Shown one piece after another: positions 25,162 to 35,499 of a DNA stretch of 64,000 nucleotides; the first letter of the stretch is position 1, and each line of letters starts with the position of its first letter. The DNA comes from an uncultured Syntrophaceae bacterium (lineage in GTDB: Bacteria; Desulfobacterota; Syntrophia; Syntrophales; UBA8958), in NCBI GenBank assembly GCA_964645835.1, contig CAZYDG010000072.1, forward strand, positions 6,582-70,581, given 5' to 3'. A program made the position numbers and the translations under genes. The notes under the pieces were generated by a model. The model was not told the origin of the DNA. It worked only from the letters and a program-made list of their open reading frames with translations, and did not search any database.

Positions 25162-26262
25162 ATGAAATTAAACAGGTCCACAACCCCGGACTTGCCCCGT
25201 ATCACCCTGCAGTTTCTCTGGATCGGGATCCTGATTGCGGCAAGTTTCTGGATCTTAAAACCATTCCTTCCATCGCTCATTTGGGCAGCCATGATTGTTG
25301 CAGCCACATGGCCATTCATGTTGAAGGTACAAGGCTGGTTGGGAGGAAAACGGGGACTTGCCGTCGCAGCGATGACGCTGTCCATGCTGCTGTTGCTAAT
25401 AGTGCCGCTATCCATTGCCATCATCGCCATTGTAGAGAATGCCGACAAGATCTCCATCTGGGTGAAGACGCTTGGAACGCAGACACTGCCGACTCTGCCC
25501 ACATGGGTTGAAGGAATTCCATTCGCAGGTCCGAAGTTGGCCGCGGCCTGGAATGGTCTCGCGGTCGGCCCGGAAGGATTATCCGCACGTCTTACTCCCT
25601 ACGCGGGAAAGCTTTTGAACTGGTTCCTGTCGGAGGCCGGCAGCGTCGGGAAGATAGCGGTGCAGTTCCTCCTCACTGTGGTTATCTCTGCAATATTCTA
25701 CTCCAGAGGTGAAGCAGCTGCAATGGGAGTTATTCGCTTTGCGCGCAGGCTCGGAGGGCAACATGGAGAGGACGCTGCCGTATTGGCAGCGAAAACGGTC
25801 AGGGGCGTAGCCCTTGGCGTGGTCGGCACGGCCCTGATCCAATCAGTGCTCGGCGGCATCGGCCTGGCTGTTGCCGGAGTGCCTGCCGCAACTGTGCTGA
25901 CAGCGGTAATGTTCGTTCTCTGCATTTCCCAAATTGGGCCGGGACTTGTCCTTATCCCCGCTATAATCTGGCTTTATTACGGTGATCAAATGGCCTGGGG
26001 GACTGTTTTGTTGATCTGGTCGATTTTCGTCACCGCCATCGAACATTTTTTACGCCCCATTCTCATAAAGAAGGGTGCTGATTTGCCGCTGTTTTTGATC
26101 TTCTCAGGTGTTATCGGCGGTCTTGTCGCCTTCGGTATCGTCGGGCTTTTCATCGGACCTGTGGTACTTGCCATCAGCTACCGGCTACTTGCCGTCTGGG
26201 TTGGTGGCGCCGATAAAAATCCGGCAGAAAACCCAGTTGAATCACTCAGCAGCCTGGATTGA
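25162..26262 (+). CDS. AI-2E family transporter (PerM/UPF0118)
   Basis: This 366-aa polytopic protein has a C-terminal region FLRPILIKKGADLPLFLIFSGVIGGLVAFGIVGLFIGPVVLAI typical of the family. Confidence 0.8.
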   Translation: MKLNRSTTPDLPRITLQFLWIGILIAASFWILKPFLPSLIWAAMIVAATWPFMLKVQGWLGGKRGLAVAAMTLSMLLLLIVPLSIAIIAIVENADKISIWVKTLGTQTLPTLPTWVEGIPFAGPKLAAAWNGLAVGPEGLSARLTPYAGKLLNWFLSEAGSVGKIAVQFLLTVVISAIFYSRGEAAAMGVIRFARRLGGQHGEDAAVLAAKTVRGVALGVVGTALIQSVLGGIGLAVAGVPAATVLTAVMFVLCISQIGPGLVLIPAIIWLYYGDQMAWGTVLLIWSIFVTAIEHFLRPILIKKGADLPLFLIFSGVIGGLVAFGIVGLFIGPVVLAISYRLLAVWVGGADKNPAENPVESLSSLD

Positions 26263-26293
26263 GAAAGAAACCATTAACAATGGCTAATCAACC

Positions 26294-26797
26294 ATGACAG
26301 ATTTTTCCAAATCCCATGAGAATCTTCATAGGCAAGTCTTCCGGAAAACGGTTTATCGCATCTGGAATATGATCCAAGCCGGACTTCTCGATGAGCTGGA
26401 TGAAGCCGAATACAGAATCGCAAAGATTCTTCTCGAACATCCTGAGTATGAAGATATCTTCGATGATGAGGATATTCTGGACGGCCGTGAATTCGACACC
26501 GGGTCCGGAGGAAATCCCTTCCTGCATATCAGTATTCATAAAATGGCGGAAGACCAGATTGAATCCAGTCGGCCAGAGGAAGTCTTATCATTCCTGGAAG
26601 CCATGAAGGAAAAAGGCAATGAAAGGCATGAGATTATTCATGCCATCATGAAGATTCTCGTCCGTCTGATTTCGGATGCCATGCGTAACCAAAAATCTTT
26701 CAATGTGGACCGTTATCGAAACGTATTATCCAGATACAAGAACATAAACCTGGACGACGTGCCGGAGGCTCTCGACAGAGAATTTATGGGCCATTGA
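26294..26797 (+). CDS. DUF1841-family protein
   Basis: LLEHPEYEDIF...GGNPFLHISIHKMAEDQI...RHEIIHAIM matches my recollection of the DUF1841 consensus (HPEY...NPFLH..LH.A..EQ...HE..H). Confidence 0.6.
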   Translation: MTDFSKSHENLHRQVFRKTVYRIWNMIQAGLLDELDEAEYRIAKILLEHPEYEDIFDDEDILDGREFDTGSGGNPFLHISIHKMAEDQIESSRPEEVLSFLEAMKEKGNERHEIIHAIMKILVRLISDAMRNQKSFNVDRYRNVLSRYKNINLDDVPEALDREFMGH

Positions 26798-26870
26798 CGA
26801 CGGTTATCTCCACGATCAATTGATCCGGACAGATATTAATCATGTCATAAAGAGAGAAGGGAACAGGTAA

Positions 26871-28097
26871 ATGCCATCCAGAACCGAAAAGGCATACGGT
26901 GTTCTCATCATAGTAATTATGCTGTCGCTCATTGCCGGATGCGGTGGTGACGATAAGCCGATGAGTCACGGAAAAGTCAAAATCGGCATGCTCTTTCCTC
27001 TGAGCGGTGAACTGGCAGATAAGGGCAAAGACAGTGTCAACGGGGTAACATTGGCTGCTGAAGAGATCAATGCATCCGGCGGTATTGCTGCCCTCGGTGG
27101 GGCCAAGCTGGATTTGATCGCCGGCGATACCCGAGGCAATCCGGACATCGGTGTGCAAGAGACTGGACGATTGATCACTGATCAAGGCGCAGTTGCTATC
27201 ATCGGTGCATATCAAAGCAGTGTTGCCAAACCAGCATCCCAGGTTGCAGAACGGCTGGAAACCCCTTTTATAATCAGCGCTGCTGTCGCGGATGTCATCA
27301 CGGAAAGGGGTTTTCGCTATACCTTTCGCGTCTTGCCCAAGGCTCAATTCTATGGCCGTGACCAGGCGCGTTTTCTGGCAGACCTCGGACAACTGGCCGA
27401 TTATCCGGTAAAACAGGTGGCTCTACTCCACGAAAACACAGACTTTGGCACCTCTGTAGCACTGGCGCAGAAGAAAGCTCTACGCGACACCGGTCTGAAT
27501 ATGATTGCCGAAGTCAGTTATGTGGCGGAAGGAGCCACCGATCTGAGCAAGGAAGTAGCACAAGTCCTGGCCGCCAAGCCGGACGCCATTCTTGAGGTGA
27601 CCTATCTGAAAGACAGTATACTTATCCGCAGGGCCATGACAAAGGCCGGGGCGACAATACCGCTTGTAGACTCTGCAGGCGGTACGGTTTCGCCTGAATA
27701 CATCCAAACACTTAAACAGTCGGCGGAAGGGACGTTGACTTCATCCGAATACTCCAAGTACACAGCTGAGGGTAAAATATTGAACGCTCGTTTCCGCGCG
27801 CGTTTTGGAGTGGATATCACCGGGGATAGCGCTTATTCTTACCAAGCGGTGTGGGTGATCAAGGACGCTTTGGAGCGCGCTCGTTCGCTGGACAAGAAAA
27901 AGTTACGCCAGGCCTTGGCGGCAACAGACATGCCTAAAGGGCCTCACATGATCCTGCCTGCGGAACGGCTACGCTTCGATGCCCAAGGTCAAAACGAGTT
28001 TGCACGGCTGTTTATCGTCCAGATTCAGGATGGGGAATTGGTGCCCGTTTGGCCTGCTGAATATGCCGTAGCTAAAGTACGCCTGAAAAAAAGATGA
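26871..28097 (+). CDS. ABC transporter substrate-binding lipoprotein (LivK/branched-chain amino acid type)
   Basis: The lipobox is LIAGCGG. KIGMLFPLSGELADKG and AIIGAYQSSV are typical of Peripla_BP_6 proteins. Confidence 0.8.
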   Translation: MPSRTEKAYGVLIIVIMLSLIAGCGGDDKPMSHGKVKIGMLFPLSGELADKGKDSVNGVTLAAEEINASGGIAALGGAKLDLIAGDTRGNPDIGVQETGRLITDQGAVAIIGAYQSSVAKPASQVAERLETPFIISAAVADVITERGFRYTFRVLPKAQFYGRDQARFLADLGQLADYPVKQVALLHENTDFGTSVALAQKKALRDTGLNMIAEVSYVAEGATDLSKEVAQVLAAKPDAILEVTYLKDSILIRRAMTKAGATIPLVDSAGGTVSPEYIQTLKQSAEGTLTSSEYSKYTAEGKILNARFRARFGVDITGDSAYSYQAVWVIKDALERARSLDKKKLRQALAATDMPKGPHMILPAERLRFDAQGQNEFARLFIVQIQDGELVPVWPAEYAVAKVRLKKR

Positions 28098-28120
28098 ATC
28101 TTAGAGATTGCTGAAATACT

Positions 28121-28262
28121 CGATTTGGGGCATTCTGTTCAAAAATGTCCAGATGCAAGGCGTGTAAAAGCCGAGGGAGGAATGAGGCGTACATAGAGTA
28201 CGTCGATTGACGAGGCTTGCAACACAACGCAGCAGATGGGCGTTTTTCAACAGACTGCCCTG
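28121..28262 (-). repeat. palindromic intergenic repeat, copy B (core only)
   Basis: The copy reads CTGTTCAAAAATGTCCAGATGCAAGGCGTGTAAAAGCCGAGGGAGGAATGAGGCGTACATAGAGTACGTCGATTGACGAGGCTTGCAACACAACGCAGCAGATGGGCGTTTTTCAACAGACTG. Confidence 0.85.
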
Positions 28263-28274
28263 GAGGCGCCCATC

Positions 28275-31200
28275 TTGATTTCCTTATTCGACGTCAATTG
28301 GCATAAAAGCATTGCCACAAAGCTGAGTTGGGTATCCATCTCGATGGTCGTCATGACCGTACTTACAGTGGGCATAGGTCTGATCTGGATTGCCAATCAG
28401 GCCCAAAGGGATATCACTTTTCGCTTACAGGAGAAAAATGCCGACCAGGTTGCCCTTCTTATCTCCAGCTATGTAAACAATGCCGTGGATAAACTGCGTC
28501 TTTTCGATGATGTCGAGACATTAGGCGCTCTGCCCCTTTCCAAACAGAAAAATATCCTGGAAAATATGCTTACCCAAAGCCGCTCGCTATTCAGCCAGTT
28601 TGCAATATTGGATCAAGATGGCGTCGAAAAGATCAGGGTTTCCAGATTTCACACATTTTTACCCCATGAGTTAAAGAAACGGGCGGCGGATGCCGCTTTT
28701 CTCACTGCGATTAAAGGTCAAACCTACATCAGTCCTGTTCACATCTCGCCGGACAGTGGTCTGCTCTCCCTACAGGTGGCGATTCCCGTCAAGACTGTTA
28801 AAACGGTTGATGTCTTAATCGCCGAAGTCAATGCCACGCAGCTTTGGCAAGAAGTTTCACAAATCAAAATTGGTAAGTCGGGGTATGCCTACCTTGTGGA
28901 CGGCAACGGTCGTTTCATAGCCTACCAGGATATTTCAGAGGTATTGAAGCAATACGGCAGTGACATGAGCAAGATGCCACCGGTGGCTGATTTCATAAAC
29001 GGAATTTCGGAAGACATGCGTCAAATTCATGAGTATGTCGGTTTGGTCCATGAGCCGGTCATCGGTTTAAATGCACCGGTCAAGGGTATCAAATGGGCCG
29101 TCATTGTTGAACTGCCCACACGGGAGGCATATGCGAGCGTTACACGGATGAAATGGTTCCTGTTGGTATTGCTGCTCCTCGGTGTCGCAACTGCCGGAGG
29201 AGTGGGTTTTATCATATCAAACCGTGTTGTCCATCCTATTCGTGCATTGACGGAGTCGGTCGAGCGCATGAGTGGTGCTGACTTGAGTGCCGAGGTTGCC
29301 TGGATTCATCACCAGGATGAAGTTGGCGTCTTGGCCCGTGCTTTTTCCCGTATGCAGCAGGCCATCAAACTCAATTTCGAACGTTCCGCCGCCCTGCTTA
29401 AGCTTAACCAGATGACCGGTGCAAACCTCCAGGAAATCATGATCTTCGGGTTTGAAGAGGCTGTAAGGCTGACCAAAAGCAAAAACGGCTACCTGGGCTT
29501 GATGAATGAAGAAGAAACGGTCATGACAGTTCAGGTCTGGTCTCGCAGTGTCATGTCGGAATGTAACATTGCCGATAGCACCCTCGACTTTCCACTGGAC
29601 CATGCCGGCATGTGGGCGGAGGTAGTGCGACAGCGCCGACCAATCATCACCAATGACTACCATGCCCCAAATCTCCTTAAAAAGGGCTACCCCGAGGGGC
29701 ATGTCAATATCTCGCGCCACATGAATGTCCCGGTATTTGATGGTCAGCGGATTGTCTTGGTCGCAGGAGTTGGCAACAAAGAAGAAGCATATGACGAGAC
29801 CGATGTCCAGCAACTTACGGTGTTGATGGAAGGGTTATGGCGATTGATCGAGCGTAATCGGTCGGAACAGGAATTGCGGGAATCTCAAAGGAGGCTTGCC
29901 GATATTATCGAGTTTCTCCCCGATGCCACGATGGTTATTGACAGAAAGGGAAACGTGATCGCCTGGAACAAGGCCATTGAAGATATGACAGGTGTCATGG
30001 CGGAACGGATGCTGGGGAAGGGAAACTATGAATATGCCATCCCGTTCTACGGAGAGAGAAGGCCTATGCTCATCGATCTGGTACTACAGCCAAAAGAAGA
30101 GATCCAGAAAGAGTATCGATCGATAAAACGTCAGGGAAATGTTCTTGTTGGAGAAGCATATATAAGCGACCTCAGAGGAAGCTCGGTTTACCAGCTCGGA
30201 ACGGCGTCTCCACTCCGTAACACAAACGGAGTGATTGTCGGGGCCATCGAAACAATCAGGGATATCACGGACCAGCGGCAAGTAGAAGCGGCACTTGCAT
30301 CCGAACACGACCGCCTCGCCGCCATTCTCGACGGCATTCCGCTTCCGGCTTTCATGATAGACCGCAATCAAGTGGTTGTCCTCTGGAACAGAAACAATGA
30401 GATATTTACCGGTAAAACCAAAGAGGAGATGCTGGAGAAAAAACTGGACCTGAATTTTCTCTTCAAGGGCAAGACACAGCCAACCCTTGCCGAGCTTGTC
30501 CTGAAAATGACCGATGAAGAACTCATAAGGAAATTTGCATCCCGAGGGATTCGCAAGAATGAAATTTTCCCGGAGGCTTTTGAAAGCGTTGGGGTGATCC
30601 TGATCCGCGGCGAAGAGCGGATCGTGTCCATCCAGGCGGCGCGAATATACAACGCAAAAGGGAAAGTTATCGGTGCTGTCCAGACAGCCCAGGACATAAC
30701 CGAAAGTATTAGAATTCAGAAAGAGCGGGAGAAATTGCAAGCCCAGCTTATCCAGGCCCAAAAGCTGGAGTCCATCGGAACGCTGGCGGGAGGCATTGCC
30801 CATGACTTCAACAACATTCTTACCGGTATTATGGGCTATACAGAGCTATATAAAAGTTCGGTAACCGATCGTCCAAAAGTTTATCACGGCATGGAGCAGG
30901 TACTCATAGCTGCAAACCGGGCGAAAGGTTTGGTGCAGCAGATTCTAACATTCAGCCGCAAGGCCGAGCAGGAGAAGAAGCCCATCGCACTGGCACCTAT
31001 CGTTAAAGAGGTTGTCAAATTTATGCGGGCATCCCTGCCGACGACGATAGAAATAAGACAGAATATCGAAGAGACTTCAGATGTTATCATGGCAGATGCC
31101 ACACAGATGCATCAGGTTCTGGTCAATCTTTGCACGAATGCCGGATATGCCATGAAAGAGACCGGGGGTGTCCTGGAGATCGGAATGGAAGAAGTATTTA

Positions 31201-31916
31201 TCAATGAAAATGATCGCTTGCAACGCCCTCCAATGAAGAACGGCCTTTACTTGGCAGTGACTGTCAGAGATACGGGACAGGGAGTCCCGCAGGAAAATCT
31301 TGGGAGAACCTTCGAACCCTACTTTACGACCAAGGAAAAGGGAGAGGGAACAGGGTTGGGGCTTGCCGTTGTACACGGGATCGTCAAGGACCATGGCGGA
31401 GAAATCAGGGTGTACAGTGAGGTGGGCAAGGGAACCATCTTCAGAATCTTTCTGCCGCTGATGGAAAAGCATGTGGCGGATGTAAGAGACAGGGAAGAGC
31501 CTCTCTTAGCGGGAAAAGGGGAAACAATCCTCTTTATTGATGATGAAAAGATGGTCGTCGATTTAAGCAAGGAACTGCTGGAGGGACTTGGTTACCGGGT
31601 GGTAGCGGAAACCGATCCAGTGAAAGCAATAGTGATATTTAAGGAGAGTAGCGACACCTTTGATCTTGTGATCACGGATAAAACCATGCCCCATCTGACG
31701 GGCTTCGACGTTGCATGGGAAATAAGACATATTCGTAAAGACATTCCCATTGTGCTTTGTTCTGGATTTCAGGAAAAAGAGGATCTGAAAAAACTTAATG
31801 CCTTGGGCATCGGCAGGCTCATTACCAAACCGATTCGCATGAGCGATTTGGCAAAAGCCATTCGTGATGAACTTGAAAAAAATAAACCAAAACTACATGT
31901 TTTGCCCCGTATATAA
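28275..31916 (+). CDS. hybrid sensor histidine kinase (periplasmic sensor, HAMP, GAF, 3x PAS, HisKA, HATPase, receiver)
   Basis: The H-box is GGIAHDFNNILTGIMGYTEL. The N/G boxes are NLCTNAGYAM, RDTGQGV and GTGLGLAVV. The receiver reads ILFIDDE..DLVITDKTMP. PAS-like segments include PDATMVIDRKGNVIAWNKA and PAFMIDRNQVVVLWNRN. The track start (28236, MGVFQQ) lies inside repeat B, so TTG 28275 with GGAGG 8 nt upstream is preferred. Confidence 0.85.
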   Translation: MISLFDVNWHKSIATKLSWVSISMVVMTVLTVGIGLIWIANQAQRDITFRLQEKNADQVALLISSYVNNAVDKLRLFDDVETLGALPLSKQKNILENMLTQSRSLFSQFAILDQDGVEKIRVSRFHTFLPHELKKRAADAAFLTAIKGQTYISPVHISPDSGLLSLQVAIPVKTVKTVDVLIAEVNATQLWQEVSQIKIGKSGYAYLVDGNGRFIAYQDISEVLKQYGSDMSKMPPVADFINGISEDMRQIHEYVGLVHEPVIGLNAPVKGIKWAVIVELPTREAYASVTRMKWFLLVLLLLGVATAGGVGFIISNRVVHPIRALTESVERMSGADLSAEVAWIHHQDEVGVLARAFSRMQQAIKLNFERSAALLKLNQMTGANLQEIMIFGFEEAVRLTKSKNGYLGLMNEEETVMTVQVWSRSVMSECNIADSTLDFPLDHAGMWAEVVRQRRPIITNDYHAPNLLKKGYPEGHVNISRHMNVPVFDGQRIVLVAGVGNKEEAYDETDVQQLTVLMEGLWRLIERNRSEQELRESQRRLADIIEFLPDATMVIDRKGNVIAWNKAIEDMTGVMAERMLGKGNYEYAIPFYGERRPMLIDLVLQPKEEIQKEYRSIKRQGNVLVGEAYISDLRGSSVYQLGTASPLRNTNGVIVGAIETIRDITDQRQVEAALASEHDRLAAILDGIPLPAFMIDRNQVVVLWNRNNEIFTGKTKEEMLEKKLDLNFLFKGKTQPTLAELVLKMTDEELIRKFASRGIRKNEIFPEAFESVGVILIRGEERIVSIQAARIYNAKGKVIGAVQTAQDITESIRIQKEREKLQAQLIQAQKLESIGTLAGGIAHDFNNILTGIMGYTELYKSSVTDRPKVYHGMEQVLIAANRAKGLVQQILTFSRKAEQEKKPIALAPIVKEVVKFMRASLPTTIEIRQNIEETSDVIMADATQMHQVLVNLCTNAGYAMKETGGVLEIGMEEVFINENDRLQRPPMKNGLYLAVTVRDTGQGVPQENLGRTFEPYFTTKEKGEGTGLGLAVVHGIVKDHGGEIRVYSEVGKGTIFRIFLPLMEKHVADVRDREEPLLAGKGETILFIDDEKMVVDLSKELLEGLGYRVVAETDPVKAIVIFKESSDTFDLVITDKTMPHLTGFDVAWEIRHIRKDIPIVLCSGFQEKEDLKKLNALGIGRLITKPIRMSDLAKAIRDELEKNKPKLHVLPRI

Positions 31917-31995
31917 CTGAAATTTGTCCAGCATTGCTTTGCTGATGGTAAGGCCTTATCTTGATTTCAGTATCATTACAAGGAGGCAATAAACC

Positions 31996-32352
31996 ATGAG
32001 TGAAAAGAAACAGGGAAGCACAACGTCTGAATCAGCCTTTAACATGTGGCAGAATTTCCAGCCTTTTAACGGTCAGAACCAAACATTGGAACCATATATC
32101 CGTTTGACAAAGACCCAACAGCAGCAATTCCTGGATATATCCCGGGCCGGGATCAATTGTTTGGAGAAAATATATGAGGCTGGCTGGTCAGGAGATGTAA
32201 AACAAGCTTGGGAAACCTGTCTGGAAGCAAATAAAGGTCTGCTCAAGACCTATCAGGACTCGATGCAGGAACAGGCAAAGGAACGCTATGAATTATGGCA
32301 AAACCTTGTTCCTTCGCGATCAGGTTTCGGCTTCATGGGCAACCGTTCCTGA
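31996..32352 (+). CDS. hypothetical protein (Gln-rich, helical)
   Basis: This 118-aa ORF has AGGAGG upstream. No recognisable motif was found. Confidence 0.5.
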   Translation: MSEKKQGSTTSESAFNMWQNFQPFNGQNQTLEPYIRLTKTQQQQFLDISRAGINCLEKIYEAGWSGDVKQAWETCLEANKGLLKTYQDSMQEQAKERYELWQNLVPSRSGFGFMGNRS

Positions 32353-32450
32353 GATTCATCCTTCTTTATTACACTTTATTACCCCTTCAGGAGTCCCTGC
32401 TGCTGAAGGGGTAAGCTGCGTCTATCACCAGCGTATGCAGGACTTGTGGC

Positions 32451-32750
32451 ATGCCGACGAGATTCATTCATTGCAATTATTGCGGTCAGGATGGCGAGAT
32501 CGAGATTTGTGATCTGGAAGCCGGTGTTCCGGAATCAAAAATCTTCAAGTATTTTGGACATAACCCGTTTTCCGGCCACATGCATTTCCGATGTCCGGCC
32601 TGTGAAATCATTCTGCTTGTCCATCCCATAGCTGTTCTCGGTGAGGAACCTCTGGAGGGCTCCTACACTATGAAAAGACACAATAAGCACTTCCATCATC
32701 AGCACATGCGGCATTTTTTTTGTGGAAACAATCTAAGTGAAAGGCATTAG
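32451..32750 (+). CDS. hypothetical zinc-ribbon-like protein with His-rich tail
   Basis: CNYCG...CPAC forms a pair of CxxC motifs. The C-terminus is HNKHFHHQHMRH. Confidence 0.4.
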   Translation: MPTRFIHCNYCGQDGEIEICDLEAGVPESKIFKYFGHNPFSGHMHFRCPACEIILLVHPIAVLGEEPLEGSYTMKRHNKHFHHQHMRHFFCGNNLSERH

Positions 32751-33020
32751 TGTCAACGACTGGAATACAGACTGCCCAATATTAAGTATTTCAACGACCT
32801 GCTAAACCCCCTCTCTTATAAACCATATCATCATAATGGAGCGGACAATCCCACCGGAATGTGTTATATCCGAAGCTGGATTCGGTCTCTTCTCATTTTT
32901 TACCGAATACTAATCGCTCTCGCAGGGTGAGCCAATGAATCTTGAGAGAGTCAATGACAATGCTTCACACAATCAGATGAAACGATTGACCTGCATTTCT
33001 TGCTATAGGAGCAAATCACC

Positions 33021-33422
33021 ATGGCACAACACCATCAAACCCACAGCGCCCTGATGGGCTATATTCTGTGGATCTTCGGGTTTACGGGGTCCCACCGGTT
33101 TTATTTCGGCAAGCCGATTTCGGGGACTATCTATTTTTTCACATTAGGTCTTTTGGGCATTGGCTGGCTCCTGGACCTGTTCCTGATCCCATCCATGACG
33201 CGCAATGCAGACCTGCGGTTCTCGGAAGGAACAATCAATTACAACGTCGCCTGGGTACTCTTGACCTTTCTGGGACTGCTCGGCATCCATAGGTTCTATA
33301 TTGGAAAGTGGTTTACAGGCATCCTGTATTTGTGCAGCGCCGGAATCTTCGGGATAGGTTACATCTACGATTACTGGACGCTGAACGATCAGATAACCGT
33401 CATCAACAGGTCCGGATCATGA
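33021..33422 (+). CDS. TM2-domain membrane protein (two TM2 repeats)
   Basis: GFTGSHRFYFGK and LLGIHRFYIGK are each embedded in paired TM helices. Confidence 0.8.
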   Translation: MAQHHQTHSALMGYILWIFGFTGSHRFYFGKPISGTIYFFTLGLLGIGWLLDLFLIPSMTRNADLRFSEGTINYNVAWVLLTFLGLLGIHRFYIGKWFTGILYLCSAGIFGIGYIYDYWTLNDQITVINRSGS

Positions 33423-33814
33423 ACTCGCTTGCCATAAAAAACCGCCTGAACAGCCTGCGGCGGCCCGTGGCTTTGGGTTGCGCAGTGATTTTCACCCTGA
33501 TGTCTCTGCGACTGATTTGGGTTGCCACCACACATGGTGGGGACAGGAAGCTCACGTTTGTTTTCGTGATTGCCCTGTTGGTTTTGGCCTTTGGCCTTGT
33601 GCGGCGGTTCCGGTGGGCTATGCGTTTGACCGCTCTCTTATTGCTCTTTTCGGCCCTTTTACTTCCCGTCGGTGTCTTCAACCCTTTTACCGCCGGGGAT
33701 TATATGACGGCCGGGAAGGTGCCGCCTTCCATTGCGATGACCCTATTATGGATGATCCCCCTGGAGGTGCTCCTGCTGATTACGGCTTATGTACTCGACC
33801 AAAAGAAGGAGTGA
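33419..33814 (+). CDS. hypothetical 4-TM membrane protein
   Basis: The start MNSLAIKNRL overlaps the TM2 gene stop (ATGA). Four hydrophobic segments are present. Confidence 0.55.
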   Translation: MNSLAIKNRLNSLRRPVALGCAVIFTLMSLRLIWVATTHGGDRKLTFVFVIALLVLAFGLVRRFRWAMRLTALLLLFSALLLPVGVFNPFTAGDYMTAGKVPPSIAMTLLWMIPLEVLLLITAYVLDQKKE

Positions 33815-33822
33815 TTGTTGTC

Positions 33823-34248
33823 ATGGATGAAAGTTTGAAAAAGGCGATTTTTGCACAGGTGGAAAAAGAACCGTTTGCAAAGAAATTCGGCTTGACCCTG
33901 GTCGGCCTTGATGAGGGATATTCAAAGGTGCAAATGGCTTTCACGCCCGATATGGAAAATATCTTCGGCATGGCCCACGGTGGAGCCCTGTTCGCCCTTG
34001 TGGATGAAGCCTTCGAAACAGCATCCAATTCCCACGGGACCATGGCCGTCGCCCTGAGCATGAACGTCAGCTACTGCGCTTCGCCCAATCCAGGTGCGAC
34101 CCTCACGGCGGAAGCCAAAGAAATCAATTGCACAAATAAGACCGCTACCTACGACATCAAGGTCGTTGATGATAATAGCCGCCTCATCGCCTCCTGCCAA
34201 GCCCTCGTGTATCGGATGGAAAAGCCCCTGCCCTTTCTCGCGGGATGA
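33823..34248 (+). CDS. PaaI-family hotdog-fold thioesterase
   Basis: MDESLKK...NIFGMAHGGALFALVDEAFETA is the canonical HGG....L.D motif. Confidence 0.8.
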   Translation: MDESLKKAIFAQVEKEPFAKKFGLTLVGLDEGYSKVQMAFTPDMENIFGMAHGGALFALVDEAFETASNSHGTMAVALSMNVSYCASPNPGATLTAEAKEINCTNKTATYDIKVVDDNSRLIASCQALVYRMEKPLPFLAG

Positions 34249-34267
34249 TGAAAAAAACAGACCGCCT

Positions 34268-35365
34268 CTACTTTTTCTCAAAAAGTTTCAGATAATCTCC
34301 ATAACCCTCCTTTTCCAGATCATCTTTGGGAATGAAGCGCAGGGCTGCTGAATTCATGCAGTAGCGAAGCCCCGTAGGCTTCGGCCCATCGGGAAAGACA
34401 TGGCCCAGATGGGAGTCGGCAGATTTGCTGCGGACCTCTGTCCGGGTCGAGAAAAAACTCTTATCTACCCGCTCTACAACAACATCCGGTTGCAAGGGCT
34501 TGGTGAAGCTCGGCCAGCCCGTGCCGGAATCATATTTATCGAGGGAACTAAATAGAGCTTCTCCCGAGATGACATCCACATAAAGCCCATCTTTCTTGTT
34601 GTCCCAATATTCATTGCGGAAGGCCGGTTCGGTTCCTTCCTTCTGCGTCACTTCGTACTGCATTTTGGTCAATCTCTTTTTCAGAACCTCGTCGCCTGGT
34701 TTTTTATAGATTTTGTCAGGCCCGGCCGCACCCGTTGCATCAGCATGAGCCCAGGCATCTTTAATATATGCATCACGGCCCGATCCATGACGGTAATACC
34801 GATATCTAAGAGGATTCTTTTCGGCATAGTCTTGATGATAAGCCTCCGCTTCATAGAAGGTGGTCAATTTGATGATGTCCGTGGCTATAGGCTTCTTGAA
34901 GGGACCGTTCTTCGCCAGTTCCGCTTTTGATTTTTCCGCCAGGGCCTTTTGTTCATCGTCATGATAGAAAATCACCGGTCTGTATTGGAGTCCCCGATCA
35001 TAGAACTGACCGTCTCCGTCGGTGGGATTCACATGCCGCCAGAAGAACTCCAGCAGCTGACCGTAACTGACCTTTGACGGATCATAAGTTACCCGGACAG
35101 CCTCCACATACCCCTTCTGCGCATAATCTTCATAGGTCGGACGCTCGCCCGTTCCACCCGCATAACCAGAAACTACACTCACCACACCGGGAAACTTTTT
35201 GAAATCCGCCTCGACACACCAGAAACAACCGCCCGCAAAAGTGGCAGTCATAAGCTTTTCATTGTCATTCATGGATTTAATCTTTACCTCCTTCTGATCA
35301 CTGTTCATCTTGCTGCAGCTGATGATCAACACAAACAATATAAGAAACATGAGTATTTTCTTCAT
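34268..35365 (-). CDS. msrAB: bifunctional peptide methionine sulfoxide reductase MsrA-MsrB, exported lipoprotein
   Basis: The signal/lipobox is [19 protein letters not shown]. The MsrA motif is [11 protein letters not shown]. The MsrB C-terminus reads [21 protein letters not shown]. The active sites carry Cys, not Sec. Confidence 0.9.
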   Translation of the reverse strand: MKKILMFLILFVLIISCSKMNSDQKEVKIKSMNDNEKLMTATFAGGCFWCVEADFKKFPGVVSVVSGYAGGTGERPTYEDYAQKGYVEAVRVTYDPSKVSYGQLLEFFWRHVNPTDGDGQFYDRGLQYRPVIFYHDDEQKALAEKSKAELAKNGPFKKPIATDIIKLTTFYEAEAYHQDYAEKNPLRYRYYRHGSGRDAYIKDAWAHADATGAAGPDKIYKKPGDEVLKKRLTKMQYEVTQKEGTEPAFRNEYWDNKKDGLYVDVISGEALFSSLDKYDSGTGWPSFTKPLQPDVVVERVDKSFFSTRTEVRSKSADSHLGHVFPDGPKPTGLRYCMNSAALRFIPKDDLEKEGYGDYLKLFEKK

Positions 35366-35499
35366 GATACACCTATGACAGAGCCTTCGGCCTCCTTTTA
35401 GCACTAATGTAATGACGGGAGGTGGGTTGTCAAATAATGATAAGGACAGCAAGGGATATTATGGACAAGGCATGTAGATCAAACCCTGAAAGTGAATTT

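Noticed and set aside
34268-35365. Selenocysteine in MsrA/MsrB (Sec forms are known in some anaerobes)
   Set aside because: The ORF is uninterrupted, and the catalytic positions are Cys (GCFWC; RYCMNS).
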